Assembly (NCBI GenBank): GCA_030535475.1
Contig: JAUNRT010000003.1
Coordinates: forward strand, 1 to 62,888
Direction: 5' to 3'
Source of the DNA: Weeksellaceae bacterium
GTDB taxonomy: Bacteria; Bacteroidota; Bacteroidia; Flavobacteriales; Weeksellaceae
DNA: 62,888 nt
Shown here one piece after another: positions 1-8,746 of the stretch. Every line of letters starts with the position of its first letter. The first letter of the stretch is position 1. The translations under genes and the position numbers were made by a program. The notes beneath the pieces were generated by a model. That model was not told the origin of the DNA and ran no database searches. It saw only the letters and a list, made by a program, of their open reading frames with translations.

Positions 1-55
1 GTGAAGAAAGCACAATCCTATGATTATTCCGTGTCTTAGCCGATTTAGATTTCAT
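1..55 (-). pseudogene. Tyrosine integrase, distal fragment; continues off the left edge and is separated from its N-terminal part by the TnpB element
   Basis: The minus-strand frame from 55 downwards reads MKSKSAKTRNNHRIVLSS and is open to the window edge. An ..RNN.. block after the N-terminal arm-binding region resembles Bacteroidota integrases as I remember them. Deleting 56-1313 (1258 bp, 1 mod 3) joins it in frame to the 1296-1814 fragment. Confidence 0.4.
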
Positions 56-74
56 AATATTGGGAGCAAGGAAA

Positions 75-97
75 CCCCTTCGCCTTTAGGCAAGGGG
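75..97 (+). repeat. Left-end subterminal hairpin of the TnpB element
   Basis: CCCCTTcGCC-TTTA-GGCaAGGGG. It starts about 19 nt inside the proposed left boundary, a spacing typical of IS608-like left ends. Confidence 0.55.
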
Positions 98-180
98 AGG
101 AATTGCCCCAGATTCCCTCTTTTGTTAATAATTAATCTTATGTATTTTCTCATATCAGAAAATAATTGTATCTTTACAGT

Positions 181-1275
181 ATGAAATTGACGTTGAAAAT
201 CAAACTTCTTCCAACCGCTGAACAGGCTGAATTGCTTCTCGAAACCATTCGGGAAACCAATGTAGTCTGTAACGCCATTTCGGATGTTGCTTGGTCTAAA
301 CGTATCTTTAACAATTTCAAACTCCATCACGAAGTTTACCATGTCTATAAGTCCACATTCAAACTTTCTTCCCAAATGCTTATACGCTCTGTTGCAAAGG
401 TTGCGGATGCTTATAAGTTGGATAAGAAAGGTAAACGTACTTTCAGACCTCTTGGCTCTATTGCTTACGATAGCCGTATTATGACTTACAAGCCCAACAA
501 TGTCGTTTCCTTGTGGTGCATTGGCGGTAGGCAGAAGATTAATTTTGTCTGCCATAATCCTGATTATCTGCCCTACATTAAAGGAGAAGCTGACTTGGTT
601 TACAAAAAAGGTAAATTCTATCTGTTTCAAACCGTTGATGTTCCCGAACAAGACATTGATGATATTGAATCGTTTATCGGTGTGGATTTCGGTCTTCACG
701 ATATTGTAGTTACCTCTGATGGTGTTAAACATTCTGCCGATTGGATTAATTCTTATCGGGAGCAAAGACAAAAAGTTCGTAGTTCTATTCAAAGCAAAGG
801 CACACGAAGTTCTAAACGACTTCTGAAACGGCTCTCTGGCAAGGAAAGAACAACGGCTACCATAATCAACCACACTATTGCAAAAAGCATTGTAAATTCT
901 GCTAAAGAACAAGGTAAAGGCATTTCGATTGAGGACTTGACTAATATCCGCTTTACTTCCAAAAGACGAAACAAAAAGTTTAGGACTAAACTTGGTCGTT
1001 GGTCTTTCGGGCAGCTGCGTTCTTTCCTTACTTACAAGTCTGCTTTGAATGGTGTTAAATTGGTTGCCGTAGAACCTCGTTACACTTCTCAAACTTGTTC
1101 CTCCTGTTTCCACATTGGAAAAAGGACTAACAAAGTGTTTAAGTGCACAAACCACAAATGCAAAGTTGATGTTGTTGATGCAGACTTTAACGCTGCTCAA
1201 AACATTTCTTTGTTGGGGGAAACCGTAAACCTCCCCGAAAGATGCGATATGTACAGTTGTTCTGTGCATTATTGA
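181..1275 (+). CDS. tnpB: TnpB/OrfB RNA-guided nuclease (IS605 OrfB family)
   Basis: Split RuvC motifs are present: GVDFG (D), ISIEDL (E) and DADFNAAQNI (D). A zinc-finger pattern CSSC...CTNHKC is also present. The N-terminus MKLTLKIKLLPT is typical. The ATG at 181 is preferred over the TTG at 166. Confidence 0.93.
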   Translation: MKLTLKIKLLPTAEQAELLLETIRETNVVCNAISDVAWSKRIFNNFKLHHEVYHVYKSTFKLSSQMLIRSVAKVADAYKLDKKGKRTFRPLGSIAYDSRIMTYKPNNVVSLWCIGGRQKINFVCHNPDYLPYIKGEADLVYKKGKFYLFQTVDVPEQDIDDIESFIGVDFGLHDIVVTSDGVKHSADWINSYREQRQKVRSSIQSKGTRSSKRLLKRLSGKERTTATIINHTIAKSIVNSAKEQGKGISIEDLTNIRFTSKRRNKKFRTKLGRWSFGQLRSFLTYKSALNGVKLVAVEPRYTSQTCSSCFHIGKRTNKVFKCTNHKCKVDVVDADFNAAQNISLLGETVNLPERCDMYSCSVHY

Positions 1276-1284
1276 TGTCTAAAG

Positions 1285-1308
1285 CCCCGATGCCTTTAGG
1301 CTCGTGGG
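1285..1308 (+). repeat. Right-end subterminal hairpin of the TnpB element (likely part of the omega-RNA scaffold)
   Basis: CCCCGAtGCC-TTTA-GGCtCGtGGG has the same apex as the left-end hairpin and lies just after the tnpB stop codon. Confidence 0.55.
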
Positions 1309-1814
1309 TAGTTTACTAATTCGTTTAAATATTCCAAAACGTGTCGGCGTTGGAGGTCTTCAATGTTCTGAAAATCCAACCCTTTTGCGGCACACCAACG
1401 TAGGAACTGACTTAGTTTCTGCTCATAATCCCCAGCGGTTGTAGCGGTAAGTGATTTTTGTTTTATCTCCAATGCCCATGTCAAGGCAGATTTTACGGTA
1501 TAAGTATCTTTAGCATTCGGGTATGGAGAATGACCTTGATGCAGTAACATTAGTAAATTTTTCTGTAAAAGTTTAAGTTCCTTCAATCTGGTTTTTACAT
1601 CTTTTTCAGATTGATTGAGAAGATAAATGTTTTGTTGGCGTTCGAGCTTATCGGTTTGTGGGTTTCTATATTTGTAGTACACATACCACCGTTTTGAGGT
1701 ATCCAAATTGGCACCACCAGTATAGATTTTCGGGATTGAAAAATGTTTTTTATTTTTCCTCAAATGGTGTTCAAATTGGTGTTCAACTCTTAGTAAATCC
1801 AATATTTTATCCAT
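1296..1814 (-). pseudogene. Tyrosine (phage-type) integrase, N-terminal fragment truncated by the TnpB insertion
   Basis: These 172 aa cover only the N-terminal arm-binding/SAM-like region (RWYVYYKYRNP.., ..HVLEYLNELV). The catalytic domain is missing. The gene starts 47 nt from the 3' end of the tRNA, a classic island-integrase position. Confidence 0.7.
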
Positions 1815-1860
1815 AAAAAAATCGGTGTAAAACGCTATTTATCACCGATTTAATACACAG

Positions 1861-1934
1861 TAGCGAAGACGGGAATTGAACCCGTGACCTCAGGGTTATG
1901 AATCCTGCGCTCTAACCATCTGAGCTACCTCGCC
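1861..1934 (-). tRNA. tRNA-Met (anticodon CAT); a lysidine-modified tRNA-Ile2 cannot be excluded
   Basis: The reverse complement GGCGAGGTAGCTCAGATGGTTAGAGCGCAGGATTCATAACCCTGAGGTCACGGGTTCAATTCCCGTCTTCGCTA folds as a 74-nt cloverleaf. It has a 7-bp acceptor stem, GCTC/GAGC D stem, TTCATAA anticodon loop and ACGGG/CCCGT T stem with a TTCAATT loop. Confidence 0.9.
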
Positions 1935-1989
1935 AAAAATTTGGGACTGCAAATATAAGAAAACTATCCACAATTTGCAAAAATTAACC

Positions 1990-3156
1990 TTAGGTTTTCA
2001 AGACTTGTTGCGCTAATGCTATCATTTCCGGCGTGCCAGTATGCTTTTTGGGCTCATCTGAGAGTTTCACTACATGTTCCCAACCACCATCTGTGGTTTG
2101 CACCTGCATCAATTTGAGTACTATATTCATAGGCTTCAACCCCACATCATTGGTGAGATTGGTGCCAATCCCAAACGAGATGCCAATCTTGCCACGGCAT
2201 TGTTCCGTGATATCCGCTACTTTCGCAGAATTCAGCCCATCTGAGAAAATGATAAATTTATATAATGGATTGATGCCCAATGATTTGTAATGCGCTATGG
2301 TTTTATGGGCAAACTCTACCGGGTCGCCACTATCATGCCGTACACCATCAAAGAGTTTAGCAAATTTCTTATCAAATTGTCTGAAAAATACCTCCGTGGT
2401 ATAGGTATCAGACAACGCAACACCCAAATCTCCGCGATATATTTTCACCCAATTTTCCAGCGCTACAGCATTTGACATTTTAAACCCATATTCCGCGGCA
2501 TGAAACATAAACCACTCATGCGCATGCGTGCCAATGGGTCGTGTGTCATATTTCATAGCCATATGCACATTACTACTACCTATAAAGCTACCCTCATTAT
2601 TCTCTTTCAAAGTTTTTACCACCAGATTGTGTGTGTGTAGCGAGTGTCTGCGACGTGTACCAAACTCTGCCACTGGCACCTGCAAGTCTTGATACAGTTG
2701 CAGTTTGCTAAGCGTGTTGGCAGTGATCTGCTCATCAGTCCACGGAGTTAATTGATGCTGCGTATAGAACAGCTCAGAGATAAGCGCCAATAGAGGCACT
2801 TCCCACAAAATAGTCCTGTACCAGTAGCCTTCCACTGTAACGCTGATGTTGTTGCCATTTTGCTCAATTTGCACTTCAGAAGCATCATAGCGGTATCCCT
2901 CTAGAAAATCAAGATATACCGGAGATAGATACGGACACCGCTTTTTCAAAAAATCCTTCTCTGCTCTAGACAAGGCCAAATCTTGCATGGCAAGCACTTC
3001 TTGTTGCAAAGCATCCGCAAAACCAGAAGGAAAATCATGCTCACCTCGATTGATGAAAGCGTAGCGCGCCTTAGTATTCGGAAAAAGCTGCGTCACAGCA
3101 TTTTGCATCGTGAATTTATAGAAATCATTATCTAGGATAGAGTGAAATATTGCCAT
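1990..3156 (-). CDS. pncB: Nicotinate phosphoribosyltransferase
   Basis: The N-terminus MAIFHSILDNDFYKFTMQ and overall length match PncB. The ATG at 3156 is preferred over the longer track start. Confidence 0.9.
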   Translation of the reverse strand: MAIFHSILDNDFYKFTMQNAVTQLFPNTKARYAFINRGEHDFPSGFADALQQEVLAMQDLALSRAEKDFLKKRCPYLSPVYLDFLEGYRYDASEVQIEQNGNNISVTVEGYWYRTILWEVPLLALISELFYTQHQLTPWTDEQITANTLSKLQLYQDLQVPVAEFGTRRRHSLHTHNLVVKTLKENNEGSFIGSSNVHMAMKYDTRPIGTHAHEWFMFHAAEYGFKMSNAVALENWVKIYRGDLGVALSDTYTTEVFFRQFDKKFAKLFDGVRHDSGDPVEFAHKTIAHYKSLGINPLYKFIIFSDGLNSAKVADITEQCRGKIGISFGIGTNLTNDVGLKPMNIVLKLMQVQTTDGGWEHVVKLSDEPKKHTGTPEMIALAQQVLKT

Positions 3157-3287
3157 ATATATAGAATTATTAGCACAAAAGTACCAATACAAACATACTA
3201 CAGAAAACTGGCAAAAAACACACAACTCACAAAAAAATCATTTACCGCATCCGCACAAAATCTCTACCTTTATCACAAAATACTTCC

Positions 3288-3989
3288 ATGGCACAGCTAC
3301 TCCTCGCCAGCACATCTACCGTTTATGGCTCACCGTATTTGTCATATCTCAAGCCGGATATAGTAGAGTTTTTTGACACAGTGCAAGAATTGGTTTTCAT
3401 ACCCTACGCACGCCCAAATGGCATTTCACATGACGCCTACACCGCCATAGCGGCAGAGTTTTTTGCTAGCATCGGCATAGCAATTCGCGGATTGCACACC
3501 GCCTCAAATCCACAAGACCTATTAGAGCATGCACAAGGCATTTTCACAGGAGGCGGCAACACCTTTTTGTTGCTCAAGATGCTCTATGAGCAAGATCTCA
3601 TGCAAGTATTGCGCTCAGCAGTGCATCTAGGAGCGCGGTATATGGGCACCAGTGCAGGCAGCAACATAGCGGGAGAGAGTATCTGCACCACCAATGATAT
3701 GCCTATAGTTTACCCACCCACATTTCAAGCCATGGGTAGCATACCCTACAACATCAACCCGCACTATCTAGACCCTGACCCCGGCTCTGTGCACATGGGC
3801 GAAACCCGTGAAACCCGCATCAAAGAATTTCACACGCAGCAGGAAACCCCTGTGATTGGGCTACGTGAAGGCAGCTATCTACGAGTCACAGACCAAGAAA
3901 TTATCTTGAAAGGACCACTGGCAGCACGGTATTTTGAGCCAGGTAAATCTCCAGAAGAGAAACCTGCAGGCAGCATTTTTCCTCTATGA
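3288..3989 (+). CDS. pepE: Dipeptidase E (peptidase S51)
   Basis: Contains GGGNTFLLL and the GTSAGSNIAG nucleophile region typical of PepE. Confidence 0.85.
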   Translation: MAQLLLASTSTVYGSPYLSYLKPDIVEFFDTVQELVFIPYARPNGISHDAYTAIAAEFFASIGIAIRGLHTASNPQDLLEHAQGIFTGGGNTFLLLKMLYEQDLMQVLRSAVHLGARYMGTSAGSNIAGESICTTNDMPIVYPPTFQAMGSIPYNINPHYLDPDPGSVHMGETRETRIKEFHTQQETPVIGLREGSYLRVTDQEIILKGPLAARYFEPGKSPEEKPAGSIFPL

Positions 3990-4048
3990 AGTTAGGAGAT
4001 TTTTCCGATATGAGTGGCACACGATTTTTAATTGTAAATTACTTTAGT

Positions 4049-4778
4049 GTCAGGCTCTGATAAATTGAGCATAAACAGCAGATAGATGAGATTTTTTTTA
4101 TTTGGGCGGCACCCTTTTCTGGGCAAAATACTTCAGGTTTTATAGAAATCGGCCAAATACCAGGAAACCACCCCAATCTCAAATTTCCATACATGAAATT
4201 GCCCAGAAAAGGGTCGGTGTACGGCTAATACTCCGCGGTCTTTTGGCTACAAAAAATGCTGCAAAATCGGTTTTCCTTAATCTCTCAACCCGCTTTGCAG
4301 CTTTTTTGTAAGAGCCAAAATCCCTTGCGGGGTAACCGCCTACCACCTGCCGCGGCCAACCGCTAAGGCCATTTTGCTTCGCTTGTAACATTTGGATGTT
4401 TTTATTTTGGTCAATTCTAGATGTTTTTTGTGCATCGGCGATTTTGATAGATTTTCTGCCGTTTCTTGGCACAAAAAGCCCTCATTGACCGTGTGTTCCA
4501 AGTGAGCGTTTATGGTATGGCTTGTAGAGACGTTGTCATGTAACGTCTCTACAAGCAGCGTAACGTTTCTAGGTGCATTGAAATGTCTCTAAGTGTTTGC
4601 GGAAAATGGCCTTGTGGGCTGGCCTAGCCCGGATGCGAGCGGCTATCCTTGCAAAATAGACAGCCCTACAGCAATCTGGTGTGGCGGTGGCCGTAACGAT
4701 AGTGGAGGCAGCCGCGACACCGATTGCTGTGGCTGTATATGAGCAAGATAATAGCGGGCAGCCGGAAATAGCTCCTAA
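4049..4778 (-). repeat. Structured two-module repeat element, copy E1 (A end at left, B end at right; inverted relative to E2)
   Basis: About 90 percent identical by eye to the reverse complement of 16492-17262 outside the hairpin apices. A-module is 4101-4355, the central palindrome 4521-4555, and the B-module about 4572-4778. Confidence 0.9.
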
Positions 4779-4793
4779 AAATAGTACTGCTAC

Positions 4794-5678
4794 TTATTTG
4801 CCTTGCTTGAAGAGGAAATCTTTTTCTTGCTCTGTGAGGGAGTTGTAGCCTGAGCGTGATATTTTCTCTAAAATGCGGTTGGTCTCTTGTTCTTTTTCTA
4901 CTTTGAGACTGTTGTAGTCATAGTCATTCTTGGGTGGGATGACGGGTGCGTTTTGCTGTTGTGCCGCAGTGGAAGTGCGTTTTTTGGTTGTCCTTGTGCT
5001 ACGCAAAGGTCCGGTTCTGCGCGTGCTGAATCTTTCTAGGAGCTTGTCAAACCACGCGAGGAAGTCTTGTCCGCGCTCATACTGCTTCATGTAATAGTAG
5101 CCAAATAGTGCGCCACCTGCGTGGGATAGGTTGCCTCCAAAATTGTTGGCATGCAATAGAAATCCTAGCACTAAAAATCCTATGGCGAGGTGCATGATGC
5201 GAATGGGTGTTTCTATGAAAAGGAGTCTGATGCGATAGTCTGGCTGATAGGCTGCGAGACCGAAAAGGACGGAATATATAGCAGCAGATGCACCCATGAG
5301 TATATTATTAGATGGGTAGATGAGGGCGTAGAGCGTGTATAGTAGTCCGCCGGCTATGCCACCAAATATGTAGAATTTGGCGAGGGCTTGCTGGTTGAAG
5401 AATTGATAGAAAAATCTGCCCACGAAGTAGAGAAATACCATGTTGAACAAGATGTGAAATATGTCTATATGCAAAAACATATAGGTGATAAGGGTCCACG
5501 GCTTGCTGGCAATGTCATCTATGTAGGCTATGATGCCGAGGTACTCTGTGATGCGCAGTCTGTCTGAGAACAAAAGGATCAGGCGAACGAGTACGAAGAT
5601 AGCGACGTTGATATAGATGATTTTGATGACAAAATCACCTTGTTTGAAGTTTTTTTTGAGGTTATCTATCCATTCCAT
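4794..5678 (-). CDS. Rhomboid family intramembrane serine protease
   Basis: Multi-TM protein with a GASAAIYSVLFG serine motif and a downstream SHAGGALFG histidine motif. Confidence 0.85.
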   Translation of the reverse strand: MEWIDNLKKNFKQGDFVIKIIYINVAIFVLVRLILLFSDRLRITEYLGIIAYIDDIASKPWTLITYMFLHIDIFHILFNMVFLYFVGRFFYQFFNQQALAKFYIFGGIAGGLLYTLYALIYPSNNILMGASAAIYSVLFGLAAYQPDYRIRLLFIETPIRIMHLAIGFLVLGFLLHANNFGGNLSHAGGALFGYYYMKQYERGQDFLAWFDKLLERFSTRRTGPLRSTRTTKKRTSTAAQQQNAPVIPPKNDYDYNSLKVEKEQETNRILEKISRSGYNSLTEQEKDFLFKQGK

Positions 5679-6382
5679 CTGTGTATCTGTTTTTTCCAGT
5701 TGCGTATGAGCAAAAAGCCTATGAGCGCACCGCCTAGGTGTGCAAAGTGTGCGATGTTGTCACCCGGCTGATTGCGTATGGCTAAGTATAGCTCTATGAC
5801 TATATAGATGGGTATGAAATACTTGGCTTTGAGCGGTATCGGCGGGAAAATCAACATCAATACTGCATTTGGAAAAAGCATGCCAAATGCTACGAGTATG
5901 CCAAAAATGGCGCCTGATGCTCCCACCATGGGTATAGAGTAGATCATGCTGACGTCTTCTTTGCCTGTGAGTGCCATAAATGGATCTAAGTTTCGCAACT
6001 CTGCTACCTGGCCTGCAGTGAGGTTGTAGGATTCTATTAATGATTTGGCTTCTAGGTAATTGGTGAAATTGAATATGGCAAATGCACCTAGACCGGATAG
6101 GAAATATAGAATGAAATATTTTTTTTCTCCTAAGGTGCGCTCTACGGTAGAGCCAAACATCCACAGTGCAAACATGTTGAAGAAGAAGTGTACGAGGTCT
6201 CCGTGCATGAACATGTGTGTGATGATCTGGTAGCTCTGAAAATTCTTACTAAGCGGAAAGAATGCGCCGAGTATGAGGTCTAGATTGATACCTAAATTGC
6301 TTGCCGCGATGAATTTGGCTACGAAAAAGAGGGCGTTGATGATGAGCAGTGCCCGGGTGATAGGAGGTATATTTTGAAACAT
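5666..6382 (-). CDS. Rhomboid family intramembrane serine protease
   Basis: Contains GASGAIFGILVAF and HLGGALIGF motifs. The ATG at 6382 (MFQNIPP) is preferred over the TTG at 6412. Confidence 0.85.
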   Translation of the reverse strand: MFQNIPPITRALLIINALFFVAKFIAASNLGINLDLILGAFFPLSKNFQSYQIITHMFMHGDLVHFFFNMFALWMFGSTVERTLGEKKYFILYFLSGLGAFAIFNFTNYLEAKSLIESYNLTAGQVAELRNLDPFMALTGKEDVSMIYSIPMVGASGAIFGILVAFGMLFPNAVLMLIFPPIPLKAKYFIPIYIVIELYLAIRNQPGDNIAHFAHLGGALIGFLLIRNWKKQIHRWNG

Positions 6383-6495
6383 TGATTTTTCTGATTTACG
6401 GGTTGGCGACAATTGGCTGCTTGGTCACAAAAATACGATATCTGCCCCAATGTGTTGTGAGCAGATTGTGGGCTATGGTGTGTGATGCTTTGCGC

Positions 6496-8289
6496 TCAGG
6501 TGAATTGTGCATCTGTTTCTTGCCGTGATATGATGTGGTAGTTTTTCTTACCTGCAGGAGAGTAAACATTGTTTTGTAGGTTGAGAAACTCTTGCAGCAT
6601 ATTGCTTGTCTGATCCGGGCTAAGGTGCTGACCTGAGCGCACGGCCATGGATTTGGCCATAGATTTGGCGAGATGCTCCCGATGGGTGTCATACTCAAAG
6701 TGCATTTCATTGCTCAAATAGTGGCGTACCACATCCGGGAGCATACTGGCAGGCAAGTCTGCAGGTAGTGCGTTGAATTGTATTGTTTGATCTTGGAATT
6801 CTAAGCCAAAACCAAAGGAAATGAGCAATTTTTCGGCGTCTTGCAGGGCAACTTTTTCTTGCATGTTGAGCTCTATGCTGATGGGAAATAGAAGCTGCTG
6901 GCTGAGCACATGGCTCTGATCTTTGGATCTGAAATGATGGTAGAGTAGTGTTTGGTGCATACGATTGCGATGTATGACCATCAGGTTGCCGTGGAAGACG
7001 TGCAACAGGTATTTTTCTGCCCAAGGCAGTGCAGTATGTGAGTGTAAGGGCAGGTCTAGAGCCGGGGCTTGCTCTTCTTGCTCTATATGATGATGTAGAG
7101 TACCGATGTCATATTTGCCGCCAGCGCTTGGGATTTGTGGCTGACTGTGATGTGTGTAGTTATTGCTTGTGTGTGTGCTTTCTACTTCAAAGGGATTGTA
7201 TGTCCTGTCAACGCTGATTTGCGGCGGTGCAATGTTTTGATTCTTGGGTAGGGAAGGGATTTCCCATTGGGGTTGATCAAAATCTATGGCTGGTGTAACG
7301 TGGAACTTATTTAGTGCCATTTTACATGCAGCTCGTAGTTGCGCATAAATAGCTATTTCATCCTCAAATTTTACTTCTGTTTTGGTGGGATGTATGTTGA
7401 TGTCAATTTTTTGCGGGTCTATGGTAAGAAACAGAAAGTATGATGGATGGTGGCTAGGGGAGATGAGGTTTTCGAAGGCGCTTTGCAAAGCTCTATGTAG
7501 GTATCCACTGCGTATGAATCGGTTATTTACAAAAAAGAATTGCTCACCTCTGGATTTTTTGGCGATCTCTGGTTTGCCAATGTAGCCAGTGATGCTTACG
7601 ATGTCTGTTTCTTCTTGTACGCTGATGAGTTTTTCTTCTATTTTGCGACCGAAAAGTTGCACGATGCGCAATGCAGGTGTGGCGGAGTTGAGTTTGTACA
7701 CCTCTGCATCATTATGCACAAGAGACATTTCTATTTTGGGGTGTGCTAGCGCAACACGGTGAAACTCATCTAGGATGTGTCTGAACTCTACACTATTGGA
7801 TTTGAGAAAGTTGCGTCTTGCGGGTATATTGTAGAAGAGGTGTTTCACGGCTATCATGGAGCCGGGTTGTGTGACAGTGGGATCTTGCTTTTTGATTTCG
7901 CTACCATGGATATGTAGCTCGGTTCCAAGGCTGTCTTCCGGTTGTTTGGTTTTGAGCGTGACTTGTGCTACAGCTGCAATGGATGCTAAGGCTTCGCCAC
8001 GGAATCCTTTGCTTGTAAGGTGAAAGAGGTCTTCTGTTTTGCGAATTTTGGAGGTGGCGTGTCTTTCAAAAGCCATGCGAGCATCTGTGACGCTCATGCC
8101 GCGACCATTGTCTATGACTTGGATGAGTGATCTGCCTGCATCTTTTATCACAAGTTGAATATTGTCTGCACCTGCATCTACTGCGTTTTCCAGCAATTCT
8201 TTGACGACGGATGCGGGTCTCTGAACTACTTCTCCGGCAGCGATCTGATTGGCAACATGATCAGGCAATAGCTGAATGATGTCACTCAT
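6496..8289 (-). CDS. mutL: DNA mismatch repair protein MutL
   Basis: MSDIIQLLPDHVANQIAAGEVVQRPASVVKELLENAVDAG is the canonical MutL GHKL ATPase N-terminus. The start is set at the ATG at 8289. Confidence 0.95.
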   Translation of the reverse strand: MSDIIQLLPDHVANQIAAGEVVQRPASVVKELLENAVDAGADNIQLVIKDAGRSLIQVIDNGRGMSVTDARMAFERHATSKIRKTEDLFHLTSKGFRGEALASIAAVAQVTLKTKQPEDSLGTELHIHGSEIKKQDPTVTQPGSMIAVKHLFYNIPARRNFLKSNSVEFRHILDEFHRVALAHPKIEMSLVHNDAEVYKLNSATPALRIVQLFGRKIEEKLISVQEETDIVSITGYIGKPEIAKKSRGEQFFFVNNRFIRSGYLHRALQSAFENLISPSHHPSYFLFLTIDPQKIDINIHPTKTEVKFEDEIAIYAQLRAACKMALNKFHVTPAIDFDQPQWEIPSLPKNQNIAPPQISVDRTYNPFEVESTHTSNNYTHHSQPQIPSAGGKYDIGTLHHHIEQEEQAPALDLPLHSHTALPWAEKYLLHVFHGNLMVIHRNRMHQTLLYHHFRSKDQSHVLSQQLLFPISIELNMQEKVALQDAEKLLISFGFGLEFQDQTIQFNALPADLPASMLPDVVRHYLSNEMHFEYDTHREHLAKSMAKSMAVRSGQHLSPDQTSNMLQEFLNLQNNVYSPAGKKNYHIISRQETDAQFT

Positions 8290-8612
8290 TGAGAGAAGAT
8301 ATTGGAAAAGTTTGGGTTGGTAATCATCCACATTACAAGTACAAGCATCATGAGCACTACAAAAATTACGAAAGTGTTGGTGCCTGGTGTGCGCTTGCTG
8401 TGTGAGCGTTTGGTGCGGTAGCTGCTGAAATCTATATTGTAGTCGCCTTTGGTTTCTTTGCCTTGGTTTGCCTTTCTTTTGGCAACATATCCTTGGGCAA
8501 AGCGAGATTCAGACATGCGATTGTAGAGCAGATTGTTGTTCTGCTTGTCATAGTAGCGCGGTGTGTAGTTGAATTTGCGCGGTTTATGTTTTGGGACTAA
8601 TCTGCTGATCAT
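8286..8612 (-). CDS. Hypothetical small membrane protein (C-terminal TM helix)
   Basis: ATG start, a basic N-terminal half, and one hydrophobic helix (FVIFVVLMMLVLVMWMI). It overlaps the mutL start by 4 nt, suggesting translational coupling. Confidence 0.55.
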   Translation of the reverse strand: MISRLVPKHKPRKFNYTPRYYDKQNNNLLYNRMSESRFAQGYVAKRKANQGKETKGDYNIDFSSYRTKRSHSKRTPGTNTFVIFVVLMMLVLVMWMITNPNFSNIFSQ

Positions 8613-8692
8613 ACCTACAAAGTTACGAATTTTTCTCTTTCCACACTTGAGCCTTGCTGCGGGTGATGTATGTGTGGTGTATGTATTTAGGC

Positions 8693-8722
8693 AAAAAAAC
8701 CGGCTATTTCAGCCGGTTTTTT
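8693..8722 (-). terminator. Intrinsic terminator downstream of infB
   Basis: ACCGGCT-atttc-AGCCGGT is flanked by an A run and a T run, so on the minus strand it reads as a hairpin followed by a U run. Confidence 0.75.
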
Positions 8723-8746
8723 ATTTTAATTTGTGTTCAAAATCGA

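Larger units (their letters stand above)
56..1313 (+). mobile_element. IS200/IS605-family TnpB-only (IS1341-like) element; ends approximate
   Basis: One tnpB ORF with no tnpA. Similar subterminal hairpins at both ends share the apex GCCTTTAGGC. Boundaries are inferred from restoring the reading frame of the interrupted integrase. Confidence 0.65.

Noticed and set aside
52-1269. 405-aa ORF on the minus strand covering the whole tnpB gene
   Set aside because: It is a mirror ORF antisense to a clearly recognisable TnpB. Its composition is odd (F/N/I/R-rich) and no motifs are recognisable. The in-frame integrase continuation lies only at 1-55.
4102-4472. Short ORFs inside the repeat elements (4102-4311, 4179-4472, 16465-16680, 16958-17206, 16993-17202, 37025-37282)
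   Set aside because: They start at TTG or GTG inside conserved helices. The reading frame is broken or shifted between copies: E2 splits the E1 97-aa frame, and E3 shifts the MGGTLF frame. Substitutions follow base-pairing rather than codon logic.
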